From: Eledone cirrhosa
Lineage: Eukaryota
DNA: 64,000 bases
Direction of reading: 5' to 3'
NCBI GenBank assembly: GCA_964016885.1
Contig: OZ024741.1
Location: 45,508,001 to 45,572,000, forward strand
The number at the start of each line of letters is the position of its first letter. Positions within the stretch are counted from its first letter, which is position 1. A program made the translations under genes and the position numbers. Positions 56,237 through 64,000 of the stretch are shown one piece after another. The notes below the pieces were generated by a model. That model ran no database searches and was not told where the DNA came from. It saw only the letters and a list, made by a program, of their open reading frames with translations.

Positions 56237-58162
56237 TTATTTGTGTGTGTGTGTATATATATATGTTTTTGTGGGTATGTATGTGGCTATGTGTATCCTG
56301 ACAAAACGGTATACTTTCTTATATAGACGTCTGACTATATATCAAGAATCTGAAATCAAGAGTATATCTCAGAAGGCACCAAAGTTAGACTAATTTCTGT
56401 ATACCTGTACAGCTGATTTTTATCATTGCATATACTTACCATATAGCAAAGGCTCGACAGGATAAAAGCTTCAATGTCCTACTTTATTTAATTTCTCTCT
56501 TGAAGGGGTAGTGTTACCTACTTGTGTGTTTCAGGGTGACGTACATAAAGTCAAATAAACTCAGGTAGACTTGGGTCGTAATTGACGAAATATGACCATA
56601 AATATAGCTGGACCATGATATATCTCACAGAGCAGGATTTAGAGTTAACCGTATCATATTTTAAGACATGCTTCACACTAATGTTGGGAATTGTTTCTTC
56701 AACTACGGTCCATTTAACAATTGCTGCTCCAATGAATTAGTTCTGAGAAAAAGTAACGATTTATCAGTGCCAGGTTCACACATACAAACGCAATTTTATT
56801 CCCGTATACATGATTATCTGTACGTTATCCATGCCCCAGCAAATTATTAGTCTTAATCAGAGATAGTATATAATTAGCGTCACTATGTAAAATCTATAAT
56901 GTAGTGATTTTATTGGCAGCATGCATTTCCATATACCATTACATATATTACATTTCTTTGACCACACCGAGTGGTAAACGGACCAGAATAAGACCCAAGA
57001 AATCTTATATAGAACAAACATTCTACAAGGATTAGTATGAGATAGAAATCAGACGATCGTTTGAAATAGTCAAGCCTTCATACCAGATGTACTGCTCGAC
57101 TGAGGGGCACCTATGTTTAGGCTAGTAAGACAAACGTCAGCAATATAACTTACACAATATTTGCCGAATTAGCGAATGTTGCGTTATATTCTAGTGAAAG
57201 CGTGACAATATATTAACCAGTTTTCACTACAACAGATTAGATATATTTGCATGCATACCTTTGCAAGTACGTTTGGAGTGTTTTAACATTAACATGTGTA
57301 TAATTATCGTAAAAATCTAAAGTTTTATTCCTATTTTGCTTTTCATGTAGCCTACGTTTCTTAGCTTCTTAAAACATATATCATTCTCATTTACACAAAA
57401 TCTCCATTCAATCACATATTTTTGAAATAGTTCAATAGGAAATATGTTTTTACTGAATCTTAATTAAATGTTTTCTATGAGAAAACTGAAATGAAAATAT
57501 GAGAAATGAATTTATCTGCAACAAGTTCACGAATATTCCAATATGAAGAAACTACAGAAGTGGTAGTATTACATTGGCGCAAATTCGCGTGACACCGAAA
57601 GAGCTTCAGCAATATGACTGATGTACTTACAGGATCAATAATTCAGAGTCTTCTCCAGCACGGGATTGAGCTAGAAAATGACAGATGATAATATTGCAAA
57701 TGAGCCATCTCTCTATCATGGATTATAGTGACAAGCTCTTGTATAGCATGAGTGCCATTCTCTAAGTTTCAGTGATTATTATATGATGATAAGTCTAAAA
57801 ACGATGACCAGTAGTGATGTATACTGCAGGCTTTACTACAGGGTTTCTCATTTCGTTGGATTCTTCATGTCCAGTGAAGATACGGTGAACCCTGACAACA
57901 ACCAGGAGGAATACATGAGTTCCCACGCCCGAATGGATGTTGTCATAATTATGAATAAGGGCACATCAACCCAGGTATTGAAATCGAGTGACTATTTTCC
58001 TAGACAGAATGCCACCCAAGACTGACGAGTTCTGTCTACCCACAGCTGCGCTTCAGTTGTCTGAGTCAGTTTGAGGCTCAAATTGTTTGGAAAATGTTTG
58101 TGGAGAGTAGATACTGGAAGCTACTCCCACTCCGGCAGTATAACCGCATGACACACACACAC

Positions 58163-58210
<48 letters not shown>

Positions 58211-58318
58211 ATGTGTGTGTGTGTATGTGTGTGTGTGTGTAGGTGATTCAGTGAAACGGGCGTAACAGTTCGATACACAATAAATATCTTATACATGTAA
58301 ATAAAACTTAGTCGTTTT

Positions 58319-58361
<43 letters not shown>

Positions 58362-58512
58362 ATACTTTGGGAGGGTCATGTTGCCAATAAGAAACACACG
58401 CACCAGTTGCTTTCACTTCAATTTAATTTAATATATATTTATAAATTTACAAATTTATAAATTTCTGGTTGGTTGGTTGGTTCCACAACCAGATAGTTGT
58501 TTATATATATAT

Positions 58513-58557
58513 AGTCATAGTTCTTTCGTCACACACTCTGTGACCTCTTCAGTGACT
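58513..58557 (-). ncRNA. Minimal type I hammerhead
   Basis: agtca-CTGAAGA-g-gtcaca/tgtgac-GAAAG-aa-CTA-tgact. Confidence 0.82.
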
Positions 58558-58854
58558 GGGGATTTCTTTCTTCGTTTCTGTGCCTTTCCTTTCTTCTATC
58601 CTACGCCATTTTGTTTGTGTGTGGGTTGCGTGCTCAGTTTGCGCATGCGCCACATCCGGGTGTCTGTGTGTGTTTGTGTTCATTTTTCTATTTTTCTATT
58701 TATATTTGTTTGTTTATTTATTTATTTATTGTTGGTTGGTTGTTTGTTCTATGTGTGTGTGTGTTTTCATTTTGTCTTGTGTGTGTTTTTATTTTGTGTG
58801 TGTTTTCAATTGTAAGTTGTTTGTTCTATGTGTGTGTGTGTTTTCATTTTGTCC

Positions 58855-61551
58855 TTAATTGTAAGTTGTGATGTTGCTGTTCCACTCATATTTTCTATTT
58901 AATTTTGGTTTTAATTCTTTTATGCTTACTGCCTCTGTAATTTGCCTAAACATTGCGTCTTTCTTGTGTGTGGATTCTATTTTTATTTCTATGCTCTCTA
59001 ATTTACCCCTGTGTTCTATCTTAGCATGTTGGTAGAGCACAGATGATTCTTTACTATCTTGGAGGTCTCGCCAGTGTTCATTTATTCGTTCCCCTATACT
59101 ACGAGCTGTCTCACCTATGTACACTATATTTTTGTTTCTACATTGTCCTTCAGTACATCTTATGCTATATACTACATTTCTAGTTTTACAGTTAATATGG
59201 GGGCTTATTTTACAGGTTATACATTTCTTATCTATACATGAGGGTCTTTGGAACGGGTATGTCTTGCTAATAAGTGTTTTTACGGAGGTATCAGGTCTTT
59301 CTACTATCTTAATATTGAGATTATGTTTCTTTAGGGCCCTTCTAAATTTGTAGGCTAGTTCGCCTCTAGGGGTTGTATTGATGAACATTACACTCTGGTA
59401 TTTATTGCTATCATACCATGAGTTTATTCTATTGGCCTTGTTCTTAGTTCTTTCTATTCTATTCCAAAATTTGCTCCTATACAAGGGGCAGGTCCCATTT
59501 ATGTCATTATTTACCATTTTTTCCCATTTGGTTCTGGCTCCTTTATACACTCTGATTCTATCTCTCTGATTGTAGCCAGAGAACTGCATACGGTGGATGA
59601 AGTGTTGTATGTGTCTCTCTAGTTCTTCGGGGTTGCACATGCGGGACACATTTCTCATCACCCGTATCAAATCCGCAATCAGTATGTTGATTTTGGTATG
59701 GTCCGAAATGGCCGAGTTTCGGTGGATCAGATGTTTGGAAGTCATGGGTTTGGCATAATGGGAATGGAGGATTTGTTTTTGGTTGTTAATAGTATCTAAC
59801 CAGAGCTCTGTGTCTAGTACAGGTAATCGATGGTTGGGGTATCTACTTGGGTAGTCTATAGTAACTCTAATGCTCTGGTGGATGGAGTTTGCTATTTGCT
59901 GGATGCTTTCCTTTGTGTTTTTCTCTGGTTCCTGACTGTTCTTTAGTGGGGGTGTCTTAACTACGATGTTTATATCATCTACGTAGCGGGAGTACATTAT
60001 CAGGGTTAAGCTGTCTTCTAATTGTTCTTTAAGTTTTTGTTTAAGTCTACTGTCCCACCATACCATGAACAAGTTAGCTATGTCGCCTGCAATGCTAACA
60101 CCAATGGCTGCTCCTTCCTCTTGGGCATATGTTTTACCATTAAATTTGAACATATGTTCCTTAAGGGTTAATTTTATGCTGGCCCCTACCGCATGTGCAA
60201 TCATTTTCTTCAGTTCATCGTGGTTTTCGGGTGTCCGTATGGCTCTGGTCCACCCGTTCCATCTATCTGTGTGGGTTTTCTTGGCCATTGAGGTAATGGT
60301 AGGTGGTCTGCCTCTTGCTGGTCTTGTAGGGCACAGGTTGCTAAGGTCATAAGTGTCTAGGTAAATATTACTATGGGTAAGCTTAAGTAGAAGTCCCAGC
60401 TCACTGGTATCAATCCCACGGAACTCAACCTTGCTCTCGCTGATCATTTCGACGCATTTCTCCACAGCAAAAGCCACGTCAATAGATGGATACAGGGACA
60501 CAACATCCATACTGCCTATTATGCAGTTTGTTAGGTCCCCAGATCGGTTACCCGCGCCGATCCTGCTGAGGAGGTCCTCCGTGCTGTCACACACATCTGG
60601 GGACATCTCAATGATGGGGCGTATGATCAGGGAGAGGAAGTAGGACAGTCTGTAGTTACTAGCAATGTTAGCCCCACAGACTGGCCGTGTTGGTGGTCCC
60701 GCGACAGGGTCCCAGCCCGTTTTATGGTCTTTTCGAAGCCCATACAACGCCGGTACGTCATTGTTCCAGGCCTGGAAGTTGTTGGCAGTCCTTTTGTTGG
60801 GCTGCATTATATTTGTCCACATCACCATATGGGCATTGAGGGTTTTTTCTCTATCCTCATGCTCCTGTGGTGTTACCTCTCTTGTGTTAGTGATGTGGGC
60901 TTGCATTGCCTGGATGTAGTTTGGCAGGCTGTCAACCGACATTCTGCCAGACTTGTCTGTTGGAAAGCATGCTATCTCTCCATTACGTGAGCGCTGCATG
61001 AGCTTACGCAAGCCATTTGCAGATTCTTCTCCCAGTTGCTGGGCCTCTATTCTATTATGCTTCTTGCTATACTGTTCTATAATATTTCTAAGTTCGGATT
61101 TAGCTATACTAAATTGTGCTTCTGTTTGTTCATCGACCTGCGACGGCAACTGCGTGCGTTTGTTAAATGGCAAAGTCGTGGCGTGGACTCGTCGTAGGTC
61201 GAATGATTTATCGGAGGGGTTATAAAACGGAGAGTTCCAGGCTGCTGCTTTATGTGTACTAGTGCTATTGTTAGTTGTGTTGTTTCTATTTCCACCAACA
61301 GCAGCAGCCTCAGCTTCATGGTTGTTTCTATGTCTCTCATAATTACTCCTGTCTCTTTCCACTGGCTCAATGTTGTTATCTACCCTATTTTGTGTGTCTG
61401 TGTGTTCGTCTTGGTTATTCTCTTTGTCCTTAGTCTCCCTACTCCTTTTAATCCTATTACTTTCTCTTATTTCTCTGATTTCTGTGCTACTGTCATTACT
61501 TGTTTTCTGTGTCTGTGTGTTTGTTAAGATTGTAGTGGTGGTGAGAGGCAT
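58855..61551 (-). CDS. PLE RT + GIY-YIG endonuclease (C-terminal 898 aa uninterrupted)
   Basis: PTDKSG, YGLRKDHK, TRPV, SMDVVSLYPSI, GAAIG, SRYVDD, LPVLD, CIDKKCITC, NVVYSIRC..VYIGET, ERINEH, ITEA, LN. Confidence 0.92.
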   Translation of the reverse strand: MPLTTTTILTNTQTQKTSNDSSTEIREIRESNRIKRSRETKDKENNQDEHTDTQNRVDNNIEPVERDRSNYERHRNNHEAEAAAVGGNRNNTTNNSTSTHKAAAWNSPFYNPSDKSFDLRRVHATTLPFNKRTQLPSQVDEQTEAQFSIAKSELRNIIEQYSKKHNRIEAQQLGEESANGLRKLMQRSRNGEIACFPTDKSGRMSVDSLPNYIQAMQAHITNTREVTPQEHEDREKTLNAHMVMWTNIMQPNKRTANNFQAWNNDVPALYGLRKDHKTGWDPVAGPPTRPVCGANIASNYRLSYFLSLIIRPIIEMSPDVCDSTEDLLSRIGAGNRSGDLTNCIIGSMDVVSLYPSIDVAFAVEKCVEMISESKVEFRGIDTSELGLLLKLTHSNIYLDTYDLSNLCPTRPARGRPPTITSMAKKTHTDRWNGWTRAIRTPENHDELKKMIAHAVGASIKLTLKEHMFKFNGKTYAQEEGAAIGVSIAGDIANLFMVWWDSRLKQKLKEQLEDSLTLIMYSRYVDDINIVVKTPPLKNSQEPEKNTKESIQQIANSIHQSIRVTIDYPSRYPNHRLPVLDTELWLDTINNQKQILHSHYAKPMTSKHLIHRNSAISDHTKINILIADLIRVMRNVSRMCNPEELERHIQHFIHRMQFSGYNQRDRIRVYKGARTKWEKMVNNDINGTCPLYRSKFWNRIERTKNKANRINSWYDSNKYQSVMFINTTPRGELAYKFRRALKKHNLNIKIVERPDTSVKTLISKTYPFQRPSCIDKKCITCKISPHINCKTRNVVYSIRCTEGQCRNKNIVYIGETARSIGERINEHWRDLQDSKESSVLYQHAKIEHRGKLESIEIKIESTHKKDAMFRQITEAVSIKELKPKLNRKYEWNSNITTYN

Positions 61552-62358
61552 TGAATGTGTGTGTGTTGTTGTTTTTGATGTGTGTTGTTGTTGATGTGTG
61601 TTGTTGTCTCCGTGTGTGTGTGTGTGTTATCGTTGTTGTGTGTGTTGTTATTGTTGTTTGTGTTTGCGTGTCTGTTGGTGTTGTATCTGGGTATGTTGCT
61701 GTTGTTGTTGTTGTTGATGTGTGTGTTGTTGTTATTGTTGTCTCCGTGTGTGTTGTTATTGTTGTTTGTGTCTGCGTGTCTGTTGTATCTGGGTATGTTG
61801 CTATTGTTGGTGTTGTATCTGGCTATGTTGCTATTGTTGTTGTTATTGTTGTTTGTGTCTGTGTGTCTGTTGTTGTTGGGATGTGTGTTGTATATGTGTG
61901 TGCGTATATTGTTGCTTTTGTTTTTGTTTTTGATGCTCCAGCGTAGTTTCGTAAATGATTTTTCTATTTCTGACAGACAACTAATCATATTTACCTTCTT
62001 GAATGTCGCAAATTTGGGTGGCAGACGTAACACAGACATTTCATTATTATCTATTTTCGTGTTTCCATAAATGTTGGTATTTTCATTGTTGAACTCTTCA
62101 GATAATGAGGTGTCGGCCATGTTGATACCGTCAATTTTGTCGGGATATCTATTGGTATACTCTATAGTATCCCGATGTAGCTTTGCCTGTTTAAGCCACT
62201 TTAATTTTCTGTTAAAGTGCTTATTACATTCTTGAGTAATGTACTGTTCTTCGGGGCGTATAAGGCTTATAAATGTTAGTTTTTCTGCTGGTGTGGTGAT
62301 TTTAGATATTTCATCTATTAGGTTACGCTTTAGTTTTTCTTGATGACTTAATTCTCTA
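61524..62358 (-). pseudogene. N-terminal part of the same PLE ORF, out of frame, with an Asn-rich repeat insert
   Basis: ECNKHFNRKLKW..NIYGNT..LRLPPKF..EIEKSFTKLRW is homologous to 43106-44048. Confidence 0.8.
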
Positions 62359-62362
62359 TAAC

Positions 62363-63580
62363 TTGTTCATGGTATGGTGGGACAGTAGACTTAAACAAAA
62401 ACTTAAAGAACAATTAGAAGACAGCTTAACCCTGATAATGTACTCCCGCTACGTAGATGATATAAACATCGTAGTTAAGACACCCCCACTAAAGAACAGT
62501 CAGGAACCAGAGAAAAACACAATGGAAAGCATCCAGCAAATAGCAAACTCCATCCACCAGAGCATTAGAGTTACTATAGACTACCCAAGTAGACACCCCA
62601 ACCATCGATTACCTGTACTAGACACAGAGCTCTGGTTAGATACTATTAACAACCAAAAACAAATCCTCCATTCCCATTATGCCAAACCCATGACTTCCAA
62701 ACATCTGATCCACCGAAACTCGGCCATTTCGGACCATACCAAAATCAACATACTGATTGCGGATTTGATACGGGTGATGAGAAATGTGTCCCGCATGTGC
62801 AACCCCGAAGAACTAGAGAGACACATACAACACTTCATCCACCGTATGCAGTTCTCTGGCTACAATCAGAGAGATAGAATCAGAGTGTATAAAGGAGCCA
62901 GAACCAAATGGGAAAAAATGGTAAATAATGACATAAATGGGACCTGCCCCTTGTATAGGAGCAAATTTTGGAATAGAATAGAAAGAACTAAGAATAAGGC
63001 CAATAGAATAAACTCATGGTATGATAGCAATAAATACCAGAGTGTAATGTTCATCAATACAACCCCTAGAGGCGAACTAGCCTACAAATTTAGAAGGGCC
63101 CTAAAGAAACATAATCTCAATATTAAGATAGTAGAAAGACCTGGTACCTCCGTAAAAACACTTATTAGCAAGACATACCCGTTCCAAAGACCCTCATGTA
63201 TAGATAAGAAATGTATAACCTGTAAAATAAGCCCCCATATTAACTGTAAAACTAGAAATGTAGTATATAGCATAAGATGTACTGAAGGACAATGTAGAAA
63301 CAAAAATATAGTGTACATAGGTGAGACAGCTCGTAGTATAGGGGAACGAATAAATGAACACTGGCGAGACCTCCAAGATAGTAAAGAATCATCTGTGCTC
63401 TACCAACATGCTAAGATAGAACACAGGGGTAAATTAGAGAGCATAGAAATAAAAATAGAATCCACACACAAGAAAGACGCAATGTTTAGGCAAATTACAG
63501 AGGCAGTAAGCATAAAAGAATTAAAACCAAAATTAAATAGAAAATATGAGTGGAACAGCAACATCACAACTTACAATTAA
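62363..63580 (+). CDS. Inverted duplicate of the PLE RT C-terminus + GIY-YIG (partial)
   Basis: Same protein as the C-terminal 405 aa of 58855..61551 apart from K/M, Y/H and D/G changes. Confidence 0.88.
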   Translation: MFMVWWDSRLKQKLKEQLEDSLTLIMYSRYVDDINIVVKTPPLKNSQEPEKNTMESIQQIANSIHQSIRVTIDYPSRHPNHRLPVLDTELWLDTINNQKQILHSHYAKPMTSKHLIHRNSAISDHTKINILIADLIRVMRNVSRMCNPEELERHIQHFIHRMQFSGYNQRDRIRVYKGARTKWEKMVNNDINGTCPLYRSKFWNRIERTKNKANRINSWYDSNKYQSVMFINTTPRGELAYKFRRALKKHNLNIKIVERPGTSVKTLISKTYPFQRPSCIDKKCITCKISPHINCKTRNVVYSIRCTEGQCRNKNIVYIGETARSIGERINEHWRDLQDSKESSVLYQHAKIEHRGKLESIEIKIESTHKKDAMFRQITEAVSIKELKPKLNRKYEWNSNITTYN

Positions 63581-63877
63581 GGACAAAATGAAAACACACA
63601 CACACATAGAACAAACAACTTACAATTGAAAACACACACAAAATAAAAACACACACAAGACAAAATGAAAACACACACACACATAGAACAAACAACCAAC
63701 CAACAATAAATAAATAAATAAACAAACAAATATAAATAGAAAAATAGAAAAATGAACACAAACACACACAGACACCCGGATGTGGCGCATGCGCAAACTG
63801 AGCACGCAACCCACACACAAACAAAATGGCGTAGGATAGAAGAAAGGAAAGGCACAGAAACGAAGAAAGAAATCCCC

Positions 63878-63922
63878 AGTCACTGAAGAGGTCACAGAGT
63901 GTGTGACGAAAGAACTATGACT
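63878..63922 (+). ncRNA. Minimal type I hammerhead (mirror copy)
   Basis: Identical to 58513-58557. Confidence 0.82.
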
Positions 63923-64000
63923 ATATATATATAAACAACTATCTGGTTGTGGAACCAACCAACCAACCAGAAATTTATAAATTTGTAAATTTATAAATAT

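Larger units (their letters stand above)
58356..64000 (-). mobile_element. Young PLE (Cys-linker, Neptune-related), 5'-truncated, with an inverted duplication of at least 1.64 kb
   Basis: 62359-64000 is the reverse complement of 58435-60076. Left end abuts (TA)n. Related to the 43-46 kb element. Confidence 0.93.

Noticed and set aside
57590-58075. More balanced-composition stretch that might be a host exon (ORF 57783..58025)
   Set aside because: No recognisable protein motif or clear splice context. It may be an old repeat.
61524-61600. Programmed -1 frameshift between the two PLE ORFs
   Set aside because: There is no proper slippery heptamer. The break lies in a CA/CAA-rich tract, so slippage or sequencing error is simpler.

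Overview
AT-rich eukaryotic non-genic DNA, dense in (TA)n/(CA)n/(TACA)n/(TAA)n microsatellites. The SINE families and repeat content suggest an invertebrate, probably a cephalopod (inference only). I found no host gene. The window is almost entirely transposons: two R4/Dong-type RLE retrotransposons, about 7 coding Penelope-like element (PLE) copies (Naiad-type and Neptune-like) plus about 10 short PLE terminus remnants, an internally deleted Helitron with nested inserts, a CR1-group LINE, a CRE fragment, two bipartite RTE derivatives, about 12 SINEs and two Tc1/mariner MITEs. The main unexplained pattern is that nearly every PLE-type insertion lies in (TA)n as two head-to-head 3' ends. Each end carries an outward-facing type I hammerhead ribozyme (HHR) motif, and one arm is consistently longer than the other. 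About 20 HHR or HHR-like motifs can be read by eye, including recurrent U3-A8 and U4C core variants. A 316-bp non-coding HHR unit at 23.3-24.07 kb closes on itself like a circular-RNA retrozyme and has the same insertion signature. Folds and alignments were done by eye, so boundaries are approximate.
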